NCBI GenBank assembly: GCA_964611295.1
Contig: CAZSWV010000001.1
Coordinates: forward strand, 1,869-65,868
Source of the DNA: an uncultured Thermodesulfobacteriota bacterium
Lineage (GTDB): Bacteria > Desulfobacterota > B13-G15
Length of the DNA: 64,000 bases
Direction: 5' to 3'
Both the position numbers and the translations under genes were made by a program. Position 1 is the stretch's first letter. Each line of letters opens with the position of its first letter. The notes beneath the pieces were generated by a model that was given only the letters and a program-made list of their open reading frames with translations, was not told the DNA's origin and did no database searches. Below are positions 29,341 through 38,507 of this stretch, in pieces.

Positions 29341-29767
29341 CCCCTATTTCGAGGAGCTGTACCTCAAAGATAAGATCCTCACCTGCTAAAGGATGGTTAG
29401 CATCAAGGGTCACCGTGTCATCGGAGAGGTCTACTACCGTTACCCTGAAGGCCTGTCCTTGAGGATCCCTCAAGAGCAACTGCTGCCCTACTTCCAGGTG
29501 CATTTCCTGGGGAAGCCTCTCCCTTTCGATCACAAGCACTAGCTCTTCCCTATAAGGTCCAAAGGCTTCTTCAGCCGGCACTTCGAAGGTTTTGGACTCA
29601 CCAGGACTCATCCCGATTATCGCCTCTTCGAAGGCAGGTATCAACTGACCAAGCCCCAAGGTGAACTCCAAGGGCTCACCCCCTACAGACGTGTCAAACA
29701 CCGTGCCATCACGTAACCTCCCCGTGTAATGGACCTTCACCACATCACCTACTTTAGCCTTCACCAT
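29315..29767 (-). CDS. slyD: FKBP-type peptidyl-prolyl cis-trans isomerase (SlyD-like, with IF insert, no His tail)
   Basis: Reads MVKAKVGDVVKVHYTGRLRDGTVFDTS...LDANHPLAGEDLIFEVQLLEI. I chose ATG 29767 (GGAGC upstream) over the track start 29824. The 3' end overlaps the uvrA-like 3' end by 26 nt, convergently. Confidence 0.88.
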   Translation of the reverse strand: MVKAKVGDVVKVHYTGRLRDGTVFDTSVGGEPLEFTLGLGQLIPAFEEAIIGMSPGESKTFEVPAEEAFGPYREELVLVIERERLPQEMHLEVGQQLLLRDPQGQAFRVTVVDLSDDTVTLDANHPLAGEDLIFEVQLLEIGANLLEDNA

Positions 29768-29872
29768 CACCTTTGCTCCTTCCGCCTCAAGAGAGGCAAA
29801 AATTTTTATTAGTATATACCCCATACCACAACGATGTCAAAAAAGAAAAAGACCTAAAACAAAGCCAAAAAC

Positions 29873-29902
29873 TTGACAACCAATGGGATATATTGGTAAA
29901 AA
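29873..29902 (+). promoter_or_regulatory. candidate sigma70-type promoter of the TetR/Hdr/Etf operon
   Basis: TTGACA (29873-29878), an 18-nt spacer, then TAAAAA (29897-29902). It lies in the only sizeable intergenic gap upstream of the operon. Confidence 0.35.
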
Positions 29903-29905
29903 ACC

Positions 29906-29919
29906 ACCGAGCGATCGGT
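29906..29919. promoter_or_regulatory. inverted repeat ACCGA-N4-TCGGT, candidate TetR operator
   Basis: ACCGAGCGATCGGT lies immediately downstream of the candidate -10 and 20 nt upstream of the TetR start codon. Confidence 0.3.
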
Positions 29920-29938
29920 ATATAAGGGGGGTGAAGGG

Positions 29939-30514
29939 GTGTCGAAGAGGGAGAGGGTACTTGAGGTAGCTGTAAAGCTTTTTGCTGCGCGGGGTTTTGA
30001 TGGGACTTCGGTGAGGAAGATAGCGGATGAAGCGGGGTTAAGTGTGGCGGGTATGTTTCACTATTTTCCTTCCAAAGAGGATATCCTTTTTGAGATCATG
30101 AGCAGTTTTTTAGACGAGGGGTTGAAGAGGCTTAAGGAGATCTGTTCGGGGACTAAGGGGACGGTGGAGAAGCTTGAGGAGGTGTGTAGGTTCTTCACCG
30201 AGTATTTTGCTGGGCACATGGATGAGTTGACCATCCTTTCTTCTGAGGGCAAGAGCCTTTCCTTGGAGCACAGGGAAGTGTTCAAGCAGAAGCAAAGGGA
30301 GTACCTTGAGGCGATCAGAGGGCTTTTAGAGGAGTTGAAGGCACAGGGTATGTTGAAAGAGATGGACACCACTGTGCTTTCCTTTTTGTTTTTCGGCATG
30401 GCCCTGTGGACTTCTCGTTGGTATAACCCCAAGGGCAGGGTCAACCCTAAGGAGCTAGGCGATATCATGAGCGAGGTCTTCTTACGAGGGATCCTCAAGG
30501 AAGGGGGAAGATGA
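29939..30514 (+). CDS. TetR/AcrR-family transcriptional regulator (FadR-like context)
   Basis: 191 aa with a GTG start and HTH FAARGFDGTSVRKIADEAGLSVAGMFHYFPSKEDIL. It has a 4-nt overlap with the next gene. Confidence 0.9.
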   Translation: MSKRERVLEVAVKLFAARGFDGTSVRKIADEAGLSVAGMFHYFPSKEDILFEIMSSFLDEGLKRLKEICSGTKGTVEKLEEVCRFFTEYFAGHMDELTILSSEGKSLSLEHREVFKQKQREYLEAIRGLLEELKAQGMLKEMDTTVLSFLFFGMALWTSRWYNPKGRVNPKELGDIMSEVFLRGILKEGGR

Positions 30515-33348
30515 AGGCCGACCTTCTGGTCTTAGGGGCGGGTGTAGCGGGTATGAAGGTATCGCTTGAAGCGGCCTCAAGGGGTTTGGAGGTCGTCGTA
30601 GTGGAGGGCTCTCCTTTTGTGGGTGGAGAGATCACCTATCTTGAGCGTCAGTTCCCCACTGATAGGTGCCTTTTATGTCAGATGTTACCTACAACAGTGC
30701 GAAGGGGGGAGGGTGAGTATTGTCTACGCAGGTCCTTCAGGTATCCAGGGGTGGTCCTCTTTACGCGTTCAGAGCTTGTGAAGCTTGAAGGACAAGAAGG
30801 CGATTTCAAGGCCTTGGTGAAGAGGGTTCCAAGGGGGGTTAAAGAGGAAAGGTGTATAAGTTGCCTCAAGTGCATAGAGGTTTGCCCAAGAGAGGCACGT
30901 GACGATTTTAACCCCTTCGCTTCCAGGAAGGCCATGTTCTTAAAAGGTCCAGAGCCTATCCCCCCTGTGCCTGCTGTGGATTGGTCCCTTTGTGACCGGT
31001 GTGGAAATTGCGCAGAGGTCTGTCCTACGAAGGCGGTGGACTTGTGGGGGGAAGGAGAGGAATTGGAGTTATCGGTGGGTTCAGTGGTGCTAGCCACGGG
31101 TTTTGTACCTTATGATCCCACGGCCTTAACCCAATATGGCTATCAGAGGTTTAAGAACGTTTTAACGGCCTTTGACTTTGAGAGGATGTTGAGCCCCCTT
31201 GGTCCCTTTTTGCCTTTTAGACCTTCAGATGGAGAGGTCCCGAGGAAGTTGGGGTTTCTCTTGTGTGTGGGTTCAAGGGACAAGGACTGGGAGCCTTGTT
31301 CGGGTTCTTGCTGTATGATCGCCTTGAAACAAGCACGGCTCACCAAAGAAAGGCTTCCAGAAGCTGAGGTAGTGCTTTTCTATATGGACATAAGGACCTA
31401 TGGAAAGGGGTACCATGTTTACCTGGAGGAGGCCAAGAAGAGGGGAATAAAGTTCATAAGGGGCAGGGTTCCAAAGCTATGGGAGGATCCTGTATCCAAG
31501 AGGGTGCTTTTGCGTTATATGGAAGCCGAAGAGGTGAAAGAAGAGGCCTTTGACCTCGTAGTGTTAGTTACAGGACAAAGACCCCCTGAGGGTTTTGAAG
31601 GCCTTTCTCGGGTTCTTGGGCTCGAATGCGATCCATGGGGGTTCATCAAGGCCGAAGGCGTTAAGACCTCAAGGGGGGGCATTTACGTATGCGGATCTGC
31701 TTCGGGTCCTAAGGACATTGTCGATACCGTAACTGAAGCGCTTGCAGTAGCCTCTGAGGTTTCAAAGGGGAAAAGGGGAAAAGGGGAAAGAAGGGCGCCT
31801 TTACCTGAGCCTTCCGAGGGCCTTGACCTCATACTGTGCAGTTGCGGAGGTGAGTTGCCCGTAGACGTGTTCCTTGAAGAGTTTAAGGGCAAGTTCGACC
31901 GAGTAACGGTCAAAGAATACCTATGTCTTGAAGGGGGAGAAGGCCTTGGCGACCGTAGGACCGTAATAGGTGCGTGCAGTCCTTATTGGTATAAGGAGAA
32001 GGTACGCTCATCCCTTGGTCTGCCTCCAAGCCGCTTGGAGTGGGTTAACCTCAAAGCCGCCTTCACTGCCCAGGGGAGAGAAGCCGTATTGGGCCTTCTT
32101 TTAGGGGCAAGGGAAAGGCTCATAAGGAGTAAGGAGGTCGTACGCTTCGAAGATGGACCTGTCCCATCGGCGGTAGTTTTAGGTGGAGGCCTTTGCGGCC
32201 TTAATGTAGCACTTGGGCTCGCCCGTGAGGGCCTTATGGTTCACCTCATAGAGAAAGAAGGCGAACTCGGTGGGGTCATGCGGGAATACGTTTTCTTGAG
32301 GGAGGAGTTATTGGGGCTTCTTAAGGAGCTGGAAGGGGTTCAAGGGGTTGAGGTATACCTGAAGAGTCGTTTGAAAAAAGTGGTCGGTGTGGGTGGGAGG
32401 TTCAAGGTTGAGATCGAGAAGGCCAACGGTGAGGTCAAGGACCTTGAGGTTGGGGTTATAGTCGTCGCTATAGGTTCGAAGAGGGTTTTGCCAGAGGGGT
32501 TTTCTTCCCTTAAAGGTCAAAGGGTGGTTTCCCAAAGGGAGCTTTGGAACGACTTAATGGTGGGACGCCAACCGGAAGGGACCGTCCTGATGCTACTGTG
32601 TGGTGGAACCCGCACGGGGGAACGTCCGTGGTGTAACCGTTACTGTTGTGAAGAGGCTTTGAGTAACGCCTTGGCGTTGAGGCAAAAAGGGGTTGAAGTT
32701 TTCATATTGTTTAAGGACATGATGAGCTATGGGCTCAAGGAGTCCCTTTACTTTGAAGCGAGGAGAAAGGGTGTAGTTTTCTTGAGGTACGAGGAAGAGC
32801 CCGAGGTAGAGGTTTCAGATAAGGTGAGGGTACGCCTCAAGGGGGTTGAACTGGAAGGGGACCTTTTGGTGATACCAGAGGTGGAGGTCCCGCGGGAGGA
32901 CAATTGGGAATTGGCAGGAGTCCTGGGGGTGGACCTCGATCTGCAGGGCTTTTTCAAGGAAGCTGAACCCAAGTTTAGGCCAGTGGATGCCTTGAAAGAG
33001 GGCATTTACATATGTGGGGGGTGCCATAGCCCGCGGTCCTTCGAGGAGGCAAAGGTACAGGCGAAGGCAGTGGTCCAGAGGGTAATGGCCTTTATGTCCC
33101 AAAGGGCCCAAGGGTTCCCCCTTTCCTATGTGGAAGAAAGGCGCTGTTCTGGTTGTGGCCTCTGTGTAAAAGCATGCCCATATGGGGCCAGATACTTGGA
33201 GGAAGGGGAAAAGGTGGCAAAGGTCATAGCTTCCATATGTCAGGGGTGTGGTACTTGTTGTTCCCTTTGCCCGAACGGGGCCTCAAAACTTGAGGGGGCA
33301 AGGGAAGAACAGGTCCTTTCAGCCATTGAAGCCATGGTGGGGAGGTAG
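30511..33348 (+). CDS. HdrA-like FAD/Fe-S oxidoreductase, internally duplicated (two HdrA-type modules, 945 aa)
   Basis: Module 1 has LVLGAGVAGM...FPTDRCLLCQMLP, an inserted 2x[4Fe-4S] (CISCLKCIEVCP, CDRCGNCAEVCP), and LLCVGSRD...CSGSCCM. Module 2 has VVLGGGLCGL... and LLCGGTR...CNRYCCEE. There is a C-terminal 2x[4Fe-4S] (CSGCGLCVKACP, CQGCGTCCSLCP). Confidence 0.85.
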   Translation: MKADLLVLGAGVAGMKVSLEAASRGLEVVVVEGSPFVGGEITYLERQFPTDRCLLCQMLPTTVRRGEGEYCLRRSFRYPGVVLFTRSELVKLEGQEGDFKALVKRVPRGVKEERCISCLKCIEVCPREARDDFNPFASRKAMFLKGPEPIPPVPAVDWSLCDRCGNCAEVCPTKAVDLWGEGEELELSVGSVVLATGFVPYDPTALTQYGYQRFKNVLTAFDFERMLSPLGPFLPFRPSDGEVPRKLGFLLCVGSRDKDWEPCSGSCCMIALKQARLTKERLPEAEVVLFYMDIRTYGKGYHVYLEEAKKRGIKFIRGRVPKLWEDPVSKRVLLRYMEAEEVKEEAFDLVVLVTGQRPPEGFEGLSRVLGLECDPWGFIKAEGVKTSRGGIYVCGSASGPKDIVDTVTEALAVASEVSKGKRGKGERRAPLPEPSEGLDLILCSCGGELPVDVFLEEFKGKFDRVTVKEYLCLEGGEGLGDRRTVIGACSPYWYKEKVRSSLGLPPSRLEWVNLKAAFTAQGREAVLGLLLGARERLIRSKEVVRFEDGPVPSAVVLGGGLCGLNVALGLAREGLMVHLIEKEGELGGVMREYVFLREELLGLLKELEGVQGVEVYLKSRLKKVVGVGGRFKVEIEKANGEVKDLEVGVIVVAIGSKRVLPEGFSSLKGQRVVSQRELWNDLMVGRQPEGTVLMLLCGGTRTGERPWCNRYCCEEALSNALALRQKGVEVFILFKDMMSYGLKESLYFEARRKGVVFLRYEEEPEVEVSDKVRVRLKGVELEGDLLVIPEVEVPREDNWELAGVLGVDLDLQGFFKEAEPKFRPVDALKEGIYICGGCHSPRSFEEAKVQAKAVVQRVMAFMSQRAQGFPLSYVEERRCSGCGLCVKACPYGARYLEEGEKVAKVIASICQGCGTCCSLCPNGASKLEGAREEQVLSAIEAMVGR

Positions 33349-33350
33349 AG

Positions 33351-33767
33351 ATGTCCCAAAGGAAGGTAATAGGGTTCTTCTGCCATTGGTGTACATCTAC
33401 AGCCGCTGACCTTGCTGGTACCTTGAGGCGGACCTATCCTCCTTCGGTGAAGCCCATACGGGTGATGTGTACAGGTTCGGTGGATCCGGTCTATGTCTTA
33501 GATGCCCTTCTAAAGGGTGCTGATGCCGTATGGGTAGGGGGGTGTAATCCAGGCGAATGCCACTATGTTAGTGGCAACCTCAAGGCTAGGAGGCGTATAG
33601 CCCTGATCAAGGCAATACTGGAGGCCTTGGGCCTTGACCCCCAGAGGTTGTACCTCACGTGGATAAGCGCAAGCGAAGGACCACAGTTTGCCGAATGGGC
33701 CAAAAGGATCGACGAGCAATCCGAGCAGAGGGGGCCAAGTCCTTTCTTGGGACTTAAGACTACATAA
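33351..33767 (+). CDS. mvhD: MvhD/FlpD-like [2Fe-2S] protein (methyl-viologen-reducing hydrogenase delta-subunit family)
   Basis: 138 aa reading IGFFCHWCTSTAADLAG...IRVMCTGSVDP...GADAVWVGGCNPGECHY. Confidence 0.88.
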   Translation: MSQRKVIGFFCHWCTSTAADLAGTLRRTYPPSVKPIRVMCTGSVDPVYVLDALLKGADAVWVGGCNPGECHYVSGNLKARRRIALIKAILEALGLDPQRLYLTWISASEGPQFAEWAKRIDEQSEQRGPSPFLGLKTT

Positions 33768-33777
33768 GGGGTGAAGG

Positions 33778-34878
33778 ATGGCATACGGCGCTTGGTTTGA
33801 GGCCGATGGGAAAGAGATCCAAAGGGTTTTAAGGGAACTCTGGAGGCACATGCTCGAGCGTTTCTTCTCCGGGCTGGTAGTGACCATTGAGGTGGAAGGA
33901 GGTGGTCTTGCACCGGGCCTTTTGCCAAAAGGGGGTGATGTGGAAGGCACAAGGGCTTTGGCGCCCTATATGGCCTTGAACGCTGCTAGGGTATTACAGG
34001 CTCTAACGAAGGTTACCCCCCCTTCAGAACCCATAGGGGCTGTTTTGAGGCCATGTGAAGCAAGGGCTACTGTTGAACTTATGAAGTTGAATCAAGTCTC
34101 AAGGGAGGGCCTTTTTGTGATCTCCATAGACTGCTTGGGTACCTATCCTTTGCAAGTGTATAAAGAAAGGCTCAAAGAAGGGGTAGCTGAAGAGAAGTTG
34201 CCCGAGGAAGGGTTGCTCAGGGAGGCATGTAAGGTATGCCTTTGGCCCCTTTCACCATGGGCAGATATAAGGGTGGGCTATATAGGGCTCAGGGATGGGG
34301 TGTTCCTCGAAGCCTTGACCGAAAGGGGGGAAGAAGTACTCAAGGCCTTAGGGCTCAAACCAGATCGCGTGGAGCTTCCGGAGCGCCTCAAGGAGCTTGA
34401 CGAACTCCTCCAAAGGAGGCGGGAAGCGGAGGAGGAGTTCTTTAGGCGCCAAAGGGAAGAACTTTGGGGCCATCAAGCCTTGCTCAAGTCCTTAACGTGG
34501 TGTGTGAAATGCCACAATTGTATGACGGTATGTCCCATATGCTACTGTAGGGAGTGTTTCTTCAACTCCCCGAGCCTTGAGTTCGAGGCCGATAGGTTCC
34601 TCGAACTTAGCAAAAGAAGGCCGGCACTTAGGCTTCCAACCGAGGTCCTTCTGTTCCACCTGACCAGGATGGCCCATATGTCCACTTCGTGTGTAGCTTG
34701 TGGGATGTGCCAAGAGGCTTGTCCACAGGGTGTGAAGGTCTTTGAGCTTTTCAAGGTCGTTTCCAAGCGCACGCAGGCCCTTTTCGAGTACGAACCGGGG
34801 CGGGATCCGGAGGAGCCATTACCCCTTACGGTCTTCAAGGAAGAGGAACTGAAAGAGGTAGAGGAGCCGAAAATATGA
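33778..34878 (+). CDS. Fe-S protein with FrhB/FdhB-like N-terminal region and Cys-dense C-terminal cluster motifs
   Basis: 366 aa. IGAVLRPCEARATVELMKLNQ...FVISIDCLGTY resembles the FrhB/FdhB PCq..a...L...iG..C pattern. The C-terminus has CVKCHNCMTVCPICYCRECFF and CVACGMCQEACPQG. Confidence 0.55.
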   Translation: MAYGAWFEADGKEIQRVLRELWRHMLERFFSGLVVTIEVEGGGLAPGLLPKGGDVEGTRALAPYMALNAARVLQALTKVTPPSEPIGAVLRPCEARATVELMKLNQVSREGLFVISIDCLGTYPLQVYKERLKEGVAEEKLPEEGLLREACKVCLWPLSPWADIRVGYIGLRDGVFLEALTERGEEVLKALGLKPDRVELPERLKELDELLQRRREAEEEFFRRQREELWGHQALLKSLTWCVKCHNCMTVCPICYCRECFFNSPSLEFEADRFLELSKRRPALRLPTEVLLFHLTRMAHMSTSCVACGMCQEACPQGVKVFELFKVVSKRTQALFEYEPGRDPEEPLPLTVFKEEELKEVEEPKI

Positions 34879-35378
34879 AGCTCAAGGAGAAGTTCCCGAG
34901 CGTTTACGAATGCTACCAGTGCATGACCTGTACTTTGGGTTGCCCCTTAGCACATAAGATGGAGTCCAAACCCCATGAGCTTGTGAAGTCGGTCCTTTTG
35001 GGCAGGGACGAAGAGGTGCTTCGTTCAGATACCCCATGGATTTGCGCCTCATGCGAGGCCTGTGCAGCGAGATGTCCAAATGGCATAGAGCTAGTGGAAC
35101 TGATGGACCTGGTCAGAAAAGAGGCCATGGACCTTGGGGCGGTAAGGCCTAAGGAAAGGGACTTATACAAGGCCTTCATGGAGCAGATCAGGAAGAGGGG
35201 CAGGGTCCAGGAGTTCTGGCTTGTCTTCCGGTTGAAGAGGGCACAAGGCTTCAAGGTTTCCCTTGAGGAGGTCCTATTGGGGTTGAGGATGTTTCTTAAG
35301 GGCAAGCTTAACCCCTTTACGGGTTTCAGGAAGGGGCCTAAGGGGCTTGAAGAGGCCTTCAAGGAGGTTCTGGGGTGA
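34875..35378 (+). CDS. hdrC: heterodisulfide reductase subunit C-like protein
   Basis: 167 aa with CYQCMTCTLGCP and CASCEACAARCP. Confidence 0.85.
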   Translation: MKLKEKFPSVYECYQCMTCTLGCPLAHKMESKPHELVKSVLLGRDEEVLRSDTPWICASCEACAARCPNGIELVELMDLVRKEAMDLGAVRPKERDLYKAFMEQIRKRGRVQEFWLVFRLKRAQGFKVSLEEVLLGLRMFLKGKLNPFTGFRKGPKGLEEAFKEVLG

Positions 35379-36208
35379 GGTTTGCTTACTATCCGGGTTG
35401 TTCCTTAGAAGGATCGGCCAAGGAATACGACGAATCCTTACGCGCGGTGATGGGCTTAGTTGGGATAGAGCTTGTGGAGATAAAGGACTGGAATTGTTGT
35501 GGAGCCTCTGCGGTACACGGAGTCACTCCTTTTCTTAGGGTCCTTTTGCCTGCTAGGGACCTCCTTGAGGCGGAGTCCATGGGGCTTGACATCATAGCGC
35601 CCTGTGCAGCCTGTTTTTTGAGGTTAAAGGAGGCAAAGAGGACCCTAAAGGAGAGGTCCTCCTTCAAGGACAAGGTCGAAAAGGTCCTTGATAAGGCCTT
35701 CAGAGGTGAGGTCGAGGTTTACCATCCCCTTGAGGTGTTAAGCCGAAAGGAGGTGAGGAGTAGGTTAGAAGATAAAGCCATCAGGCCTCTAGAAGGGGTT
35801 AAGGCAGTGTGTTATTACGGATGCTATTTGGTAAGGCCGAAAGGCCTGACGGGGATAGACGACCTTGAAAATCCAACCGTCATGGAGACGATCCTTGAGG
35901 TCGTAGGGGTAGAGGTGCTCGATTGGTCCTTTAAGGTGGACTGTTGTGGCGGGAGTCATTCGCTCCTTCGGCCGGAATTAGTTAGGGAGCTTTCTGGAAA
36001 GCTCGGGGAGAGGGCAAGACAAGCGGGGGCAGACTTAATAGTGACTGCTTGCCCCCTTTGTCAGTCTAACTTGGAGATATACCAAGGTCCCAAAGGTGTG
36101 CCCGTGCTTTACTTTACAGAAATACTGGGAGTGGCCATGGGGGCCGAGGGTGCTTCCAAATGGCTAAAGAGGCATCTGATAAAGCCTCCCGAAGGGCTTT
36201 GGGGATAA
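35375..36208 (+). CDS. hdrB: heterodisulfide reductase subunit B-like protein (two CCG domains)
   Basis: 277 aa with YYPGCSL, WNCCGAS, CYYGCYL, VDCCGGS and ACPLCQ. Confidence 0.87.
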   Translation: MRFAYYPGCSLEGSAKEYDESLRAVMGLVGIELVEIKDWNCCGASAVHGVTPFLRVLLPARDLLEAESMGLDIIAPCAACFLRLKEAKRTLKERSSFKDKVEKVLDKAFRGEVEVYHPLEVLSRKEVRSRLEDKAIRPLEGVKAVCYYGCYLVRPKGLTGIDDLENPTVMETILEVVGVEVLDWSFKVDCCGGSHSLLRPELVRELSGKLGERARQAGADLIVTACPLCQSNLEIYQGPKGVPVLYFTEILGVAMGAEGASKWLKRHLIKPPEGLWG

Positions 36209-36231
36209 AAGATGGGAAAGGAGGGAAGGGG

Positions 36232-37377
36232 ATGTTTGAGCTTACTGCTGAACAACAGGACATCAAGAAGGCAGCTCGTGAATTTGCCGAAGGCGAAATA
36301 AGGCCCATAGCCAGGGAATTGGACGAGAGGGAGGAGTTCGATCCCAGGCTATGGAAAAAGGCAGCGGAATTGGGTTTCCTGGCGGTATTTGTCCCTGAGG
36401 AGTACGGAGGGGCAGGTTATGGTTACCTAGAGCAGTGCCTCATCATAGAGGAGTTTGCGCGGGTCGATACGGCAGTGGCTCAATCCATTGAGTCCACCTT
36501 TTTTGGTTCACAGATCATCTTGCTTTTCGGCTCTGAAGAACAGAAGAGGAAGTACCTCCCTGCCCTTTGTAGTGGTCAGATGCGCATGGGGGTTGCAGTG
36601 ACAGAGCCCGATGCGGGAAGTGACGTGGCCTCTATATCTACCCGTGCCGAAAGGGATGGGGACGAGTATGTGATAACGGGGAACAAGATCTTCATAACCA
36701 ACGCCAATGTAGCCGACTTCCTCATAGTGGCCTGCGTTACAAATCCAGAGGCCCCTCGTAAGCACGAGAGGTTAAGCCTTATAATCGTAGAAACCTCCAG
36801 ACCTGGCTACGAATCTATAAAGTTGAAGAGGAAACTGAGTCTAAGGTGTTCGGACACAGGGGAGGTGGCCTTAAAAGGCGTGAGGGTACCCCGTTCTAAC
36901 CTCATAGGTGAAGAGGGGAAGGGTTTTTACTACCTCATGGAGTTCTTCAACCGCACCCGACTTACCGTGGCTGCTCAGGCCGTAGGCACTGCCCAGGGGG
37001 CCTTGGAGAAGGCTATAGCCCATGTCAGACAAAGGAGGCAATTTGGCCAACCACTTGCCTCCTTTGAGGCAATACAACATAAAGTGGCTGAAATGGCCAC
37101 CCTTGTGGAGGCCTCTCGCAGTCTCCTTTACCGTGCTGCAGCCAAGGTAGACCGAGGCGAGGTAGATCCAGCCCTCATCGCAATGGCCAAGTGGTTTTCC
37201 TCGGAGGTAGCGGTAAAGGTGGCTGATGAAGCCATACAGTTACACGGCGGCTACGGGATCTTGGAAGAGTATGATGTGGCCCATTATTGGAGGGATGCAA
37301 AAGTCCTGGAAATATATGAAGGCACCAAGGAGATAGAGAAGCTCCTCATTGCAAGAAGGATCCTTGGGAGGTTTTGA
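36232..37377 (+). CDS. acyl-CoA dehydrogenase
   Basis: Reads MFELTAEQQDIKKAAREFAE..., with a C-terminal catalytic-base region YEGTKEIEKLLIARRILG. I chose ATG 36232 (GGAGGGAAGGGG upstream) over the track start 36160, which overlaps hdrB. Confidence 0.93.
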   Translation: MFELTAEQQDIKKAAREFAEGEIRPIARELDEREEFDPRLWKKAAELGFLAVFVPEEYGGAGYGYLEQCLIIEEFARVDTAVAQSIESTFFGSQIILLFGSEEQKRKYLPALCSGQMRMGVAVTEPDAGSDVASISTRAERDGDEYVITGNKIFITNANVADFLIVACVTNPEAPRKHERLSLIIVETSRPGYESIKLKRKLSLRCSDTGEVALKGVRVPRSNLIGEEGKGFYYLMEFFNRTRLTVAAQAVGTAQGALEKAIAHVRQRRQFGQPLASFEAIQHKVAEMATLVEASRSLLYRAAAKVDRGEVDPALIAMAKWFSSEVAVKVADEAIQLHGGYGILEEYDVAHYWRDAKVLEIYEGTKEIEKLLIARRILGRF

Positions 37378-38507
37378 TGGAGTTCGCACAGAAGTTTGAG
37401 CTTTATGCCTGCCTACAATGTGGCAAGTGCACCGGTGGATGTCCTGTGGCCATGCGGACCCCTTTGAACGTGAGGATGCTTATGAGGGAAGCCCTCATCT
37501 ATGGGGTCGATGTCCTTTTGGGACGTCCGGAGATTTGGGACTGTACTACCTGTAAGACCTGTACCCTAAGGTGTCCACGGAAGCTTGAGCCCTCCGAAGT
37601 GCTGATAGCCATTAGGGCAAAGTTGGTGGAATCTGGCCGCATACCGAAAAACGTGATCGATGCCTTGGAGGCCACATACGTTCACGGAAACCCGTGGGGA
37701 AGGGCGCGCCAGAAAAGGACCGAGTGGGCCAAAGGGTTAGGGGTTAAGGAGGTTGCAGCTGGAGAGAGGGTAGAGCTATTGGGCTTTGTCTGTTGTGCTG
37801 TAGCTTACGACCCAAGGCTTCAACCCATTGCCCAAACCTTTGCCAAGGTCATGGCCATCTCAGGGGTGGACTTCGGCATCATAGGGATAGAGGAGAGTTG
37901 CTGCGGAAATGAAATCCGGAGGATGGGGGAAGAGGGGTTGTTCGAAGAACTTAAGGACTCCAACAAGGCCTTGATCGAGGGATCTGGGGCAAAGGAGGTG
38001 GTAGCGCTTTCGCCTCACTGTTTCAACGCTTTGAAGAACGAATACAGGCTGGAGGGCGTAAGGGCGATCCATTACACGGAAATATTGGAGGGATTGATCA
38101 GTCAAGGGCGTTTGCCCCTTAAGGGACCTTTGGCCAAAAGGGTCGTTTATCATGATCCTTGTTTTTTAGGCAAACAAAATGGGGTATACGAGGCTCCGAG
38201 GAGGGTATTGGAGGCCATAATCGGTACTGCCCCTTTGGAGTTTTCGAGGTCTAGGGAGACAAGCCTCTGTTGTGAAGGGGGAGGGGGTAGGATGTGGGTA
38301 GAGGGGACGGGCACAGGGGTTCGAAACAGCGAAATAAGGGTCAAGGAGGCCCTGGAGATGGGCGCAGAGGTGGTAGCCACAGCATGTCCCTTCTGTTTAT
38401 TGACCTTAGAGGATGCCTTGAAGACTACGGGCCTTGAAGGGAAGCTTGAGGTTAAGGACATCTTGGAGCTTCTCGGAGAGGCCCTTGGGGTGGAGGTGGA
38501 TCGATGA
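37374..38507 (+). CDS. soluble (Fe-S)-binding oxidoreductase with 2x[4Fe-4S] motifs and two CCG domains (HdrD/GlpC/LutA-like)
   Basis: 377 aa with CLQCGKCTGGCP, CTTCKTCTLRCP, VCCAVAYD, ESCCGNE, HDPCFLG, SLCCEGGGG and ACPFC. No hydrophobic segment long enough for a transmembrane helix is visible. Confidence 0.82.
   Translation: MMEFAQKFELYACLQCGKCTGGCPVAMRTPLNVRMLMREALIYGVDVLLGRPEIWDCTTCKTCTLRCPRKLEPSEVLIAIRAKLVESGRIPKNVIDALEATYVHGNPWGRARQKRTEWAKGLGVKEVAAGERVELLGFVCCAVAYDPRLQPIAQTFAKVMAISGVDFGIIGIEESCCGNEIRRMGEEGLFEELKDSNKALIEGSGAKEVVALSPHCFNALKNEYRLEGVRAIHYTEILEGLISQGRLPLKGPLAKRVVYHDPCFLGKQNGVYEAPRRVLEAIIGTAPLEFSRSRETSLCCEGGGGRMWVEGTGTGVRNSEIRVKEALEMGAEVVATACPFCLLTLEDALKTTGLEGKLEVKDILELLGEALGVEVDR

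Noticed and set aside
30511-36208. Sulfur-oxidising sHdr system
   Set aside because: sHdr loci carry lipoate-binding proteins, lipoate assembly genes and a duplicated hdrC/hdrB set. Here there is one hdrCB pair, MvhD and Etf/ACAD genes instead.
36160-36231. Longer N-terminal extension of the acyl-CoA dehydrogenase ORF (track start 36160)
   Set aside because: The extension overlaps the last 49 nt of hdrB and has no RBS. ATG 36232 follows a strong GGAGGGAAGGGG and gives the canonical ACAD N-terminus.
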